DNA of 64,000 bases from the NCBI GenBank assembly GCA_051294905.1, contig CM119372.1, positions 28,088,001 to 28,152,000 on the forward strand, given 5' to 3'. The number at the start of each line of letters is the position of its first letter. The first letter of the stretch is position 1. The notes beneath the pieces were generated by a model that searched no databases, had not been told where the DNA came from, and saw only the letters and a program-made list of their open reading frames with translations. The position numbers and the translations under genes are program-made. Source of the stretch: Botryllus schlosseri (Eukaryota). Below are positions 1 to 12,700 of this stretch, in pieces.

Positions 1-424
1 TATTCATTGATACTAGCAGTCATGTAAAGAATCGATTTAGGTTGTAAGAAAACGGTTCCGATTAGTTTTACTGCGCACATGATTTTCTGTGAGCTGGAAG
101 TTGGGATTCAATAAAGCTCCATGAAATCATGTCAAGGCCTTACATTTTAGTAGTGAAACCGTTTCTGAAGACTCTGCCGTTACAATACGACAAAACCTCT
201 CGTCAATACAGCAATCAAGCAGTCAATCGACAACTGAAGCTCCTGCATTTTTCGATATTACGATCTTACTATCTAACATAATTTATTTTCGAACATAAAA
301 TTAACTTGACGAACATGATGCTGAAATGAAAAACAGATTTCAAGGACAAAAACCCCAAAACCCAGGTGATGCTAGAAAACCCCAGATCCGGGTGGGAACA
401 CCAAGGAGGGGCATGTCTGAGCTG

Positions 425-1693
425 TGAGCTTTGGAGCAGCCGTAAATTTGCATTGCTCCAGCTCCGGCTCCGGAGCTTTCTTCTATCATACATTAGCTCC
501 AGCTCCAGCTCCGGATCCGCATTATTTCCACTGCTCCGGCTCCAGCTCCGGCTCCGGCTCTGAAAACTATCGAAGGTGTCTGTCTATATACGGGGTGGGC
601 AACCCGCGGTCTGCGGGCCATATGTGGCCTGCGAGTAGGTTTTGAGTAGCCCGCGAGCTAATTTCCCATTATATTACCGAAATTGAATTGCTCAGATTGT
701 GAACTTGCAAGACCAACCAAAAATCGAATAATCGAATTAAACACTGTGCCATGCACATTGCGCCATGCCCATAACGAATTAAACTATGCGGTATGCACAT
801 TGCACATCTACAAGTTACAGTCCGCGATAATCCGGGAATACTAGAGTATCAAGCAGACATCAACAATGAATTAACGAAACAGATGATTACAAATTGGAAA
901 TCGCGTATCAAATCAGTAATTTGTCTCTAACATAAAATACTATGGGGTTTTTGGCTACTCTTCTGCCATCCCCTATTTACGCTCGAAAATCCTTACTGCT
1001 GTGAATGACGATGACGCGCAGTAATGAATTCCAATTAGCATGCATAATTGCATACTCAATAACACTGTCTAATTTCGCGGGCCGATTAAAGAACTATCAC
1101 GAAAGAACGAGTATTTGCTCATCCGATTCATAGCAACGATAAGATGGTATTTCTAGGCTCGTGCTCGTCATATCGACATGTGCAACAGAATCACGTTTTT
1201 ATTCTCTCTCCGATTTCGCGTAATACATAGTGATCATCATTTTCGAACCATATACAATTGGCAAACAAGGTTGTGCTGATGATGAAATTGCGGGTATGCC
1301 GAATACCCACAATATTCACAGGCATATTTCGCATACCAAGGTTCGGCACTCATGTATGAAAATTGAACATTGAACATATGTCTGCACTGCTGTTAAATCA
1401 CCAGGAACATGGTTAGTCGGAAAAGGTAGCGCCAAAGAGGAAACGATTCTTAATTTCGCGAAGGCCTGCTATTGAATTATGTGAACTCAGCAGATAAGGT
1501 TGTTGCATGTATAATAGCATCTTATTAAATACGTCGGAGCTGGAGCTACCCCTCAAATATTTAGCTCCTGCTTCGGCTCCGGCTCCGGCTGAATTTTATG
1601 TAGAGCTCTGGCTCCGGCTCCAGCTCCGGTAAAAATGCACGGCTCCGGGGCTCCGGCTCCAGGCTCCGGCTCCGGCTCCGGCTCCAAAGCCCG
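425..1693 (+). mobile_element. hAT non-autonomous element, (GCTCCG)n-subterminal family, internally deleted copy
   Basis: Near-identical to 44059-46239; degenerate CAGGGCTTTGGAGC TIRs. Confidence 0.85.
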
Positions 1694-3012
1694 GAATGTA
1701 AAAATAGAGGATCAGTGAAACGTACAAGCAGTGAATGACAATGGCTACTCTCACAAGTGATACAGGTGAATCGCGAATAATACGAACATACACAAAATAC
1801 AGTGATTTAATCGATATCGTTTACTTGTTGACTTGAAATTGACTCGTAAATTTTGCTCCGAGTCACGAGTCAATCTGCATTTCTGAAGCGCCGAGTCAAG
1901 TCATGTCATTTTTGCAAAGTGACTCGAGTCAAGTCAAGTCATACGAAAAAGTTGACTCGAGTCATCCCAACACTGGTCGCCGTTGGATCAAACACACATT
2001 CGTCCAAGTTTGCTGGATACTCTTTAGAACGTTACTTGACATAAGATACGACCCTGTAGCCAGAGATGATAAACATACGGCCAGTCAGACGATTTCATCC
2101 GGCCCGCCAAGCTATTTTGAGTAAATTGGAAAATGCTTGTATTATTCAGCACATTTGTAACAAATGTTGATTTGTTACTTCAGTTTAGTATTCCCTCAAG
2201 ACAGCAAATGTCGAGTATGTTCGTGGGCCACATTATAATCAACCGACTACAGTGATATGTTTCCCACTTGCTGCCACCAAAGGAACAAATCGGGGACATT
2301 GACACCCACTTTCGAAAAGGCAAAAAGTGCACACTGAGTTGGGTTTTACGGGAAAATGTACCAAAAAGTAGTTATTCACAGAAGCGCAAACGCCAATGTT
2401 GAACCGTTATATGCAGTTTACATGGATAATATATTATTTACACAAAAATATTAATCAAATTTAAAGCACTGCATATGGTCGCGCGCTGTATCATTTCCGA
2501 CTCAAAAGGTCCCCGGAATCTAGAGAAACCTGAATCGTGATTTAATAAGAATATAACAAATTCCAAAGTCCTCGCTTACAGTTTAATCTCTTGTTTTCCT
2601 AACATGTCACAACGCATACACAAGGCTATAAACGCCAGATTACGACTAAAGCAAACGGAGCATAGAAATAAATGAACTTATATCGTCGTTACCGCCACTG
2701 TTTTAGCAGCGGTCCATAAGAGTATTCAGCCGGCCCATCATCATCATCAATTCCATTGTTCGTGAATAAAGGTGATGCTATACTTGCTAGAATAAAACCC
2801 CAATGATTCGTGATACAATTGTAATATACTATTAATATATGCCTGATAATAAAGTATTCAAGTGAAAAGCAAAGGGTGCGGCCCGCGAGCATTTGGAAGG
2901 TTTGAATCCGGTCCGAGACGTAATTTGAGTTTGACACCCCTGCTGTAACTACTTGCTAACTCCAGCGTTAACTTTCTGTTATGTTATTAAAGTTCTTCTA
3001 GTTGCGGTTAGT

Positions 3013-3253
3013 TAGGGTTACCATACTTTGGAATCGGGAAAGGAGGTCACTTATAGCAAATCAGAAAAGTTACTAAGACCCGCCGGATCGTTACTTGAGT
3101 ACGGATTTCCTATATCTAAGTTAAATTCAGACATACATTTAGCCAAAATTTAAAAAATAAGGACAAATTCTCAAAAAGAGGACATTTGGGCGTCCTCCGA
3201 GGACACTTTCGAAAATGTCAATAAAGAGGACAAATCCTCTTATGGTAACCCTA
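3013..3253. mobile_element. Small TAGGGTTACCAT-TIR MITE (related fragments at ~17530-17877 and ~25686)
   Basis: tagggttaccata / tatggtaacccta TIRs, gaggac subterminal repeats. Confidence 0.7.
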
Positions 3254-4196
3254 TGTTAGTCTTGAGCTGTCACCGTAGGCGAGGCAGGACCGCAGGAGGT
3301 AAAAGACGCCTTCGCTCCACCCCTTTGTTAGGCTTGCATATTGTGATGGCATGCGTTTCACCATACTCCGCATAAGAGCCAGTCGTCGGAAATCTATATG
3401 CAGGTATACTTCGAAAATATGGAGATATGCTTTCCGGGAACAGAACTCAACTAACTTCATAAACATCCTAAAAACAATTGCGGCCCACCGGATGGTTATA
3501 GTTTAACGATTGAGAGCCACTGAACTATAGCGTGTTAGGTCACTTCAGGCCTTCATCATCGGCATTCACCCATAACCAGAGGTGGTCAAAGTAGTCAAGA
3601 AAGCTACTCAACTAGAAGTAGAAGTAGCGACGAAAAAATATACTCAAGTACGAGTAGAAGTACTTCTTCCATAAGCCTCCTAAAACTACTTGAAGTAGAA
3701 GTAGAATTGTCTGACTATAAATCTACTTAAGTAAGTAAGTAGTTTTGAAAACAGTCTTAATTCGTTCGCATCGACCGTCAAAAGCTGCGAATTGAGCTAT
3801 GCGAAAGGTGCAGCGAGCTTTATTCGTGTTGATGCATCCCAGGAGGTATCAATTTTCGACGGAATAAGCATTCTTTCGCATCATCGGATGCAATTTATAG
3901 TATTGATAGGAAAATGCGACACTAACCCTTTGTTTACTAGAAGACCCGTTTCAGAGAATATCATGGCATGGCGCCGTACCCCAAATTATAAGGCCCAAAG
4001 TTCAGGTGAAGAGCAAAACGTAGAAGTTGTATCGAAATCGGTTTCATCACTTTGCACGAGGAGTATACGTTAATAACAAATATTGTGAATCGAAAAAGTT
4101 ATTTTCAGCGTAGCTTTATTTTCAGAAAATACAGGCAGCTTCTTTGAGGTACAGAACTTCAATATACAATTGAAAAGTATATTCATATTGAAATGA

Positions 4197-4240
4197 ACCC
4201 GAATATTTTCGGCTGACACTCGTCAGGGGTAATCGTCAGC
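4197..4240 (-). ncRNA. Minimal type-I hammerhead ribozyme motif
   Basis: Minus strand reads GCUGACGAUU ACCC CUGACGA G UGUCAGC C GAAA AUAU UC GGGU: conserved core boxes, 4-bp stem I, 1-bp G-C stem II, palindromic AUAU loop III, UC cleavage site. Confidence 0.7.
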
Positions 4241-4388
4241 AACTAGTAGAGAATTCGAAAGAACAGCGTATATCAACAATCGTAACACAAAATATGACGT
4301 CCCCAGCACGATACGAGAGCGTTCAATGTACTATTTTTAGATGTTACGATTGTTGATATACGCTGTTCTTTTGAATTCTCTACTAGTC

Positions 4389-4432
4389 GCTGACGATTAC
4401 CCCTGACGAATGTCAGCCGAAAATATTCGGGT
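4389..4432 (+). ncRNA. Second (inverted) hammerhead motif copy with stem II G->A change
   Basis: gctgacgatt accc ctgacga A tgtcagc c gaaa atat tc gggt; A at 4410 breaks the G-C pair. Confidence 0.5.
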
Positions 4433-6058
4433 TCATTTCAATATGAATATACTATTCAATTAAAACACAGGCATTACTACACTTGCTTTCATGCTTCAAC
4501 ATGTATGTTTTGCAGACAAAAGAACTGAAAGTAATTAGAACTCAAAGTATGATACTCAGAATTGAAAGTGAAATACAAATACCACTTCTAAAAAGCGGCA
4601 AATGTATTTCATATCTTTTGTCCATACAGCTTCAAAAGTGATCTGCTAAAACAGGTGGAACGCTCGAAAAAGCCGGAACTTTCAGATTAGCAGGACACGT
4701 CATGGGCTGCTAGATTACGACATGATAGTTAATTGCAAGATTGCGAAACCGTTGTTTCAAACGTTACGGTGGGCCATATTTACTGTGATGAAATGTTTGA
4801 TATGGGCGACAATGCGGTGTGAGCGGTACCAAGCAATCTGGTACCTAAAATATATTGACTGATACTTTCGTGAAAACATATCTGTCACTCCATAACTACT
4901 GTGCAGTGTGCACGAAGCGCAACAAAATTGCAGGGCTTTATTTCACTTTTATGAATATTAAATGTTGGTACTCCGTGAAAACAGCCCCGACATTCCTCAG
5001 GCTATCTTTCGTATTGGGAGATCAAACTACTTCTAATTGACAAACTGTAAATAGCGAAAAGTGAGTAAGTAGATCACAAAATATTACGAATTAGAAGTAG
5101 AAGTAGAAGTAGAGAGAATCAAATCTACTTGAGTAAGTACCAGAAGTAGAGGAAAACTACTGGAGTACTTCCAAAAAGTAGAAGTATTTCGTTACTGACC
5201 ACCTCTGCTAATAACAGGACGCTGTTTGCCACTGATCAAAAATATTGTATCCAGTGATCCACCAATAGCTGCGACATGGTCTGTCGATGTCGTAGCGGGA
5301 CAACCATAATAATCCCCCCTCAAAAATACGTCTCAGGCGCGGCAGCCCGACCTCCCGGCCAGAGTCTAAACTCAAACTATAACAATAATAGATTACTTGA
5401 AATTCGAAAATTAAGTGCCTGACTGCCATCCGGCTGAACTGAAGTTGCAGGTCAGACTACGTCGTCCACCTATAAGAACGTGTTTTTGTGTCAGAATCGG
5501 AGGCGCGAAGCCTGGTGCCCGACTTGTAGTCTTGTACTGGATCGCAGCCGATCAATGCCAGCGATGGCGGTGACTCGATTTCTAAACACTAAGTTGATAT
5601 ATTGGCCATGGACTGGACCGGACTGACGGCAAACTCTGCTGGCGATGTCCTAGACTCTTATTCGGTATCGTCGCGATCATTCGCACCCATTTTCAACAGT
5701 CAAAAATCGATATCACACTTTTGTCGAGGCCGTCGCCCGGTGATTTCGCCCAAATGTATTCTCAAATTGACTTTGAATTATAGTATTATTCGCATTTTAG
5801 TCGGTTTACACATGCTAAAAAAAGTCTTTCTGCTATTCTGCGCTTTCCACCGATTCATATGTTCAACTTACGTTCGTATTCTACTGCTTTCATAACAAAG
5901 CCGCTGTTCAGCTTGAACAGTGACTATTCATTTTAGCCCAATTCGTCTAAATTCGTAAGCTATGACTTTGCGCTCTTTCGGCGTTGGAAAGCTATAATCG
6001 ACTTTGTCTATGAAGGTGAACGACCGGATGTTTTAAGCTATATCCAACATCTGGAGTA

Positions 6059-7019
6059 GGGGAGATGTGGTACCGATGGATCAAAAATTGCAAAATGATC
6101 TCTGGCCCTCAAATCTTCAGCCGAGAATGGCAGATCTTTTGCTGTCTCAACACTTCGATTCAAGCTCTACCTATCGCGGACATTTATATGAATATCCGCC
6201 TTTTCAAAAAATATTTATAAACGTTTAAAATTTGTTGCTCGAACGTGTCATCGGTCCCCACCCGGTGGGTCCAAAGGCACACGACCATGGGACCTATGAG
6301 ACATACGGTCAAAAACTCAAATTTGTTAACCTGTTTTGTTGTGCACTATAAGCTAAGCTACAGCAAGCCAACGAAGAATGTTTCGTTGCAACTTTCAAGA
6401 ATAAAATAGACTATATCAACTGAAATGTTGGCATAAAATCATGTTTTGATTTACGCCTAAACTTACAAAATTAATGCCACATACATATTACCGCAACTCG
6501 ACATTTTGACTTTCAAATAACTCGTAATAGCGATAAAACACCACAGGTACCTATGATTTACAGCCTCTATCTATGTAGGCGAGTTTCTGTGGTTAAGTGA
6601 TTAGTTGGCCCATCTATTTTGCTTGATTTGGCTATGGTACCATAGGTCCCCCACCCCATAAATATTGTAATTGACTTAAAAATAGTCCACTCGAGGATGG
6701 TATTGATTCAAAAAATATGTGCTATTATATACCCTGACACAAGCCCTATACTTCACATCAAAAATTATGGCGGGTTTGTTAGTCTGAAAGGTGATATAGA
6801 AAAATGCAAATGTCGATCCAAATTTACTTTCACCCCCTAAAACGTAAATCATTCGTCACAGACCCCATAACTCACGCAAGTTGATTTTTTTTTGAATGTG
6901 AGGAAAGATTCTGTCAGCATGCAACTGTAGACAAATTCACGGAGTGTAATCATGGAATTATCATGGAGAATTTTTCAAGTATTTTCGGTCCCAGTGATCC
7001 ATCGGTACCACATCTCCCC
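6059..7019. mobile_element. TA-flanked MITE (Tc1/mariner-pogo type)
   Basis: Perfect 25-bp TIR GGGGAGATGTGGTACCGATGGATCA with TA on both sides. Confidence 0.85.
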
Positions 7020-9593
7020 TATCTGCTCCCAAAGGTCGCTTCAATATTGCCCGATTGCTTCCCGCATAATACGCCCGGAACGTACACTTATTCCGCTGTT
7101 TCCAAGTCTCCTTCATTTTCAGCGACGCGGTCTATGATGAACGAGTGATCAAATGTATCGATTTCCTCATCTTCCACTACCTCAGCGTTTCAGAGTGGCC
7201 CACTATTAACTTGGTCCGCCGTGAATTCCATACCCTCACCTGACGCCAGTATCAGTTAGGCTCTAAGATATATATACGGAACACCGAACTCTCTGAACGA
7301 TACAGTATTCTTCTCGTGGTCTATACGGATATTGCCTATACTTTTTACTTGTTGCAGCGTACGCGAGTGGATCACATAACATAATGGACTATATTGGAGC
7401 AGATATGCAACAGCTTACAAGTGTGTGATACGGTTTATATTTCCAAGACTTGAACACCTCGTTACGCAGCAGCAGCAAAAGCGAAGTATGCGAAAAAACA
7501 TACAGACCACGTGTGACCAAACGAATAGCAGGGCACTCTACAGAATAATGTTACACACTTCATAATTTTATCAACCATAATATGGCAATAAGTCCAAACC
7601 GAAATCAAGAAATAACTAAGCCTTAACGCCCCGTTTTCATTTTCCTGACTATACTCGAATGTATATACATTGTTGAATAGGAAAGGGACCATGTACCAGC
7701 ATACATTTAACTTGCTACAATATCACATATGCTGTGGGATATTTCACTGTTCCAGATATTGAGGTGATGACTACCCTCACGCATGAGGGAATTTAAATCT
7801 TCAATCCAGCAACACAAATGAGAATCTAGGCTCCCTAGCAAGTGAGAGCAGCACAAATCGCAAGCGTATTGGCCATTGTTGAGCAACCGTTTGAGAATTC
7901 ACACTCTCATTCTACTGAGCACTTGCTCCTGAGCTGCTCGGACGGTTGCGCAACAATGGCCAATACGCTTGCGGTTTGCGCTGCTACCACTTGCTCCCAG
8001 ACGGCATGGTTGCGTCACGATACCAAACATCGTTACATTGCAACATTTGAGTCTGATTTGGGGGGGGGGGGGTTCCATGGCCACGAGCAGAATAATTGAT
8101 ATTTCCGCAATCAGTACCGAGGTAGCTTACGATTGATAGCCATTTTATCAAATTTAATGCTCGGCAAGCCGATCAAAAGTTGCCGTCAAATTGACTTTAG
8201 CCAAATGGAAAGTGTTAATAGTAGAACAATTTCACTGGGCCGTGAGATTTGCTCCTGTCCACACCATATATGACACTATATGGTACAATCCTCAATCAAG
8301 AGCTCAAGGCATTCGATAAGCCCGGTACCCCAAACTTACCAAGATATGTATTCATTATAGGGTTGAGTACATGGTAAATGCCGACAATGCAAGTCTTCTC
8401 GCTTCGACGAACTCACGCGTAAGCTCTACTCTTGCACGCTGCGCACACACGTATAATTACATACAGTTACTAAAATTTGACGTTCAATCAAGTAGTGGGG
8501 AATCTCGGCAGACTGGCGCGCGTGCCACATTAGCATTTAAGACGGAAAACTGTCCGCGGGCCGGACAAAATCCCATCGCGGGCCGGATCCGGCCCGCGGG
8601 CCGTATGTTGCCCGCCCCTGGTGTACGGCGTTGAATCAAGTTGTCAAATATAGATGCAACATCAGATTGCCAGTGGCACTAATTCTGATTTTATTCGATT
8701 CGTTTGAAGGGCAACCTTCTATATTCCGCTACACTTGATCGACGACGGACGAGCACACCAATATCGAATTTCAAACCATTCGGTATTCGGTAAAAAGTGA
8801 ATTTCTGCTGATAAGGTCAGGACATGCGCTCATTTTTGAAAAGAAATACCGATGTGCATACTCGCCATGATCGTTTTGAACCCTATTTTCCAAGACATAA
8901 GGCAAATGCCTCAACACAAACAAGTGGGTTTTTCCTCCTTTCGACAAACTGGAGCCTCAGGGACCTTTGTGTCAGCTCTCAAAAAGGATTTATGCCAACA
9001 AGCATTTTTCCCTCGCGAAAAATACGCTGTATTTGGGATAGAAGTTCTGAACAGATTTTAAGACCTGGCCATCTAAGCACTAGTAGACGTTCTCGTACAA
9101 AAACCAACAGCTTGTTTGGGCAAGAAGGGTTTTAGTGAAATAGTTGAAATCAAAACGAGCTTAAAAAGTGGCCCTTTTAATGAAACACTTGATAGCTTAA
9201 CCTATAGTAGCCAATTTGTTGCACATCTGAACAAAATGTTGTTAAGTATCTTCATCTTCTTTTTGTATAACAATTTTCGGTTAGTTTGTGCGAATGAAAT
9301 TTATTTTACAGAAAAAGTGCTCAGTAAGGTTGAAAAGCCCTGCTCTACACCACTGGTCGTCCGGATTCTATTTGGTCTGGCTACCTCTCCAGAACCCAAC
9401 CACTGATGATCATTTTTACGGCTTACTTCTACTTCTATGGAATAATCTTTAAAACTACCCGACCGAATTTTGCACATCCATTGCGGCAATCAGGCTTATC
9501 ATAGTGGACGATCTATTCAATTTATAGACCTGGAGAATACAGTATCCTGGAAAATGTAAGATAAAATAAGCAGTTTCGATATCATTACCAAAC

Positions 9594-9720
9594 CTGCAGG
9601 CACCCGGTATCCGGATAGTACTACGTCATGATCAAAGCTTCGTACCAAAGCGTGATTGAAAGGCAGTAATCGGTGAGCTTCTTTAAGAAAGGCGTTCATG
9701 TACTTCATTCCGTCAATTGC
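9594..9720 (-). CDS. P450 exon 10 (K helix ExxR)
   Basis: AIDGMKYMNAFLKEAHRLLPFNHALVRSFDHDVVLSGYRVPA; donor position uncertain by about 5 nt. Confidence 0.9.
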
Positions 9721-12700
9721 CTGATGTAAGAAGTATTGTACGGTTAATCAATCGCTATATAATAGAATTGTCACGAAAATGTGCCCGAACCCGTCCCGAT
9801 GATCGTTGTTTCGGCGTTAATGACATGATTTCGTCTCGTAGTTTGTGTTGCACCCTTTCACTCATCGCAAGGCAGTAAAGACAAAGTAGAATCGTGTTGG
9901 ACGAGGTTTCTATCGCGCCAATCAATTGGTCGAAGAGTAAGGATTCTTTCTCGCTGCAGCACGAAAATAGTTTATGTTTAAGCTGGTACGCTACCATCCT
10001 ATACATCAGGGGTGTCAAATATACCGCCCGCGGGCTGCATCCGGCCCGCCAGGCAATTTCATACGGCCCGCGATGTCATTCTGGGTTAATTAAAAAGTAT
10101 AGCATTATCCAGCACATTTCTGACAGAATTGAAGATTTGTAATAATAAATAATTTGACGTAAATAATTGTAATCCATCAATACAGTATATGTCGACATGT
10201 TCATTGTTCATAGGTCATAAACAACTCTCGGCAGTGTTAAATTCACACTCTAGTAAAGACCAGGAACAAGTCGGTGACATTGACACTACATTCTGAGAAG
10301 GCAAAAAGTGAATACTCAATAGGAAAATTTTTGAAAAAATGGATCAAATAATAGTTATCCACGGAGGCGGAAACAACAGTCCGAAATCGTTGTGTGTAAA
10401 ATATACGGAGAATATAATAGCTACACGAAGAATATAATTCAAATATATTTGATCACACTGCTGTTTACCTTACTCTGACCCAAAAAGCCCCATCCCCGGT
10501 CTCCATCAGCGAAACTGGAATGGCCAGTCGGTGATAGGAAAATAATATGACCCGCGTTTACAATCTCTTGTGTTCGTCACCAATAATACGCAGGGACAGA
10601 AACGCGTCACGATTAAAATGAGGGAAGCGTAGAAATAATCCAACTTGTATCGTTGTTTGAGCCATTGTTTTAATGATATGTAACCAGGCCGTGTTAATTT
10701 TGTCATTTCAGTAACCAAATGCCAAAAATAAATGTTTTAGATAGAAATGTCCAGGGATTTGGAGCAGCCGTAAATGTTGAATTGATCTAGCTCTCACTCC
10801 GGAGCTTTCTTCTATCATACATCAGCTCCGGCTCCAGCTCCGGAGCCGCAATATTACCACTGCTCCGGCTCCGGCTCTGAAAACTATCCAATGGGTCTGT
10901 CTATATCAGGGGTGTCAACTCACGACAATTTAGCTATAAAAGTGTAATTTCGAGGTCGAGCCGAATAATTTACCTTTTTTCTAGTCAACTCGCCGGTGAT
11001 TACAGTTTGTATACCCATTTTTCGGTTCTCAATATTTGGGGGGCGATGATCGGTGTGGGGCATGAAAAAGGGCGATTAGTCGAAAAAGGTTTGGAACAAC
11101 TGATCTAGAGTCTGTCAGCCGTCAGTAACATCAGATGCAGCAACGAAGACATAGGTGCCGCCGGGCCGGCTTCTGACTCCATAATTGTCGATTACATGAT
11201 AGTTGCACTAGAACGCACTCTACTCCATGTCATTGCTGTGTACAGCAATAAAAGTCTGATGCAGCGTTTTTCACAATGGCACTGTACTAGTTAACATTAA
11301 GCCATACAGCTTAATTCAATCTTTAAATGTGCGATTTTTATTCAATTGTAACTGCAGTAGGAGCAATATGGGCGCATATCACGACCTGATTAATATTACT
11401 ACGATTTGTACAAAATAGCCAGCGGTTTACGTTCGATATTGGTGCACTCGTTACTAGTCCATCCGGTATCGATCCAAGTTTATCGGAGTATAATATTTTC
11501 CCGTTGAAACGAATCGAATAAAATCTGAATTGGTGCCACGGAGAATTTGATGTTTCATAAATATTGCAACCTAATCAAACACTGTGCAGTGCACATTGCC
11601 CGTGCCCGTAACGAATTAAACTATGCACATTGCACATTCACAAGTCACAGTGCGCGATAATTCGGGAATACTAGAGTATCAAGCAGATATCAAGAATGAA
11701 TACACGGAACAGATGATTACAAATTGGAAATCGCGTATCAAATCAGTAATTTGTCTCCATCATAAAATACCATGGGATTCTGACATCGCATTGAGTTGCA
11801 CGCACCGCGACACTTGTTTGCCAAGTGCAACGGCGATTTGTTCTACTCTTCTGCCATTCCCTATTTTCGCCCGAAAATCCTTACTGGGGTGAATGACGAC
11901 CATGTGCATTGTGCAGTAATGAATTCCAATTCGCATGCATAGTTGCATACACAATTGCATTGTCCAATTTCGCGCCCCGATTAAAAAACTATCTCGAAAG
12001 AACGAGTATTTGCTCATCCGATTCATAGTAACGACGACGTGAAATTTCTCGGCGCGTGCTCGCCATATCGCCATGTGCAACGAAATCACGTTTTTATCCT
12101 CTGTCCCGTTTCGCGTAATATATAGTGATCATTATTTTCGAACCGCTCCATTAGCCAACAAGGTTGTGCTGATGATTAAATTGCGGGTATGCCGAATACC
12201 CACAATATTCACAGGCATATCTAGCATACCGAGGTTCGGCGCCCGAAAATTGAACATTGAACATGTGACTGCTCTGCTGTTAAATCCCCAGGAACATAAT
12301 TAGTCGTAAAAGGTTCCGCAAAAGAGGCAAAGATTCCTAATTTCGCGAAAAGCTGCTGTTCAATTATGTTGAACAGCAGATATGGTTGTTGCAGATGTAA
12401 TAGCATCTTATGAAATACGTCGGAGCTACTCCTCAAATAACTGGCTCCAGCTCCGGCTCCGGCTCCCGCTCATGTTCCGGCGAAAATGCACGGCTCCGGG
12501 ACTCCGGCTCCTTGCTCCGGCTCCGGCTCCAAAGCCCTGGAAATGTCAATATTGAAATCAGTCTACATGAAGCTACAAAACAAGTGTGTATGGGTAAATT
12601 CCTAAGTTGAGGTCCGGAACCCTTCGGAAGGCTAAGGGATCAACGTATTGCGAATGGAAATCTTGGGGTCGAGGCCAAAAAGTTGAGTGCCGGTACTGAA

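Larger units (their letters stand above)
4137..4461. mobile_element. Palindromic insertion, probable Penelope-like element inverted pLTR remnant
   Basis: 120-bp inverted arms 4168-4287 / 4342-4461, ~30-nt one-sided extension 4137-4167, flanking 12-bp duplication aaaatacaggca/aaaacacaggca; absent from sister copies of the host MITE. Confidence 0.65.
3577..5207 (+). mobile_element. hAT non-autonomous element, CAGAGGTGGTCA-TIR / (AGTAGA)n family
   Basis: TIRs cagaggtggtca / tgaccacctctg; degenerate TSD cccataac/ctaataac; hosts the palindrome. Confidence 0.88.

Noticed and set aside
366..1793. ORFs with APAPAP/SGSGSG/LRLRLQ low-complexity tracts (also 12410, 44083)
   Set aside because: Translations of (GCTCCG)n MITE subterminal repeats
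1985..2012. GRMCV as the P450 heme motif
   Set aside because: Lacks FxxG spacing and is followed immediately by a stop
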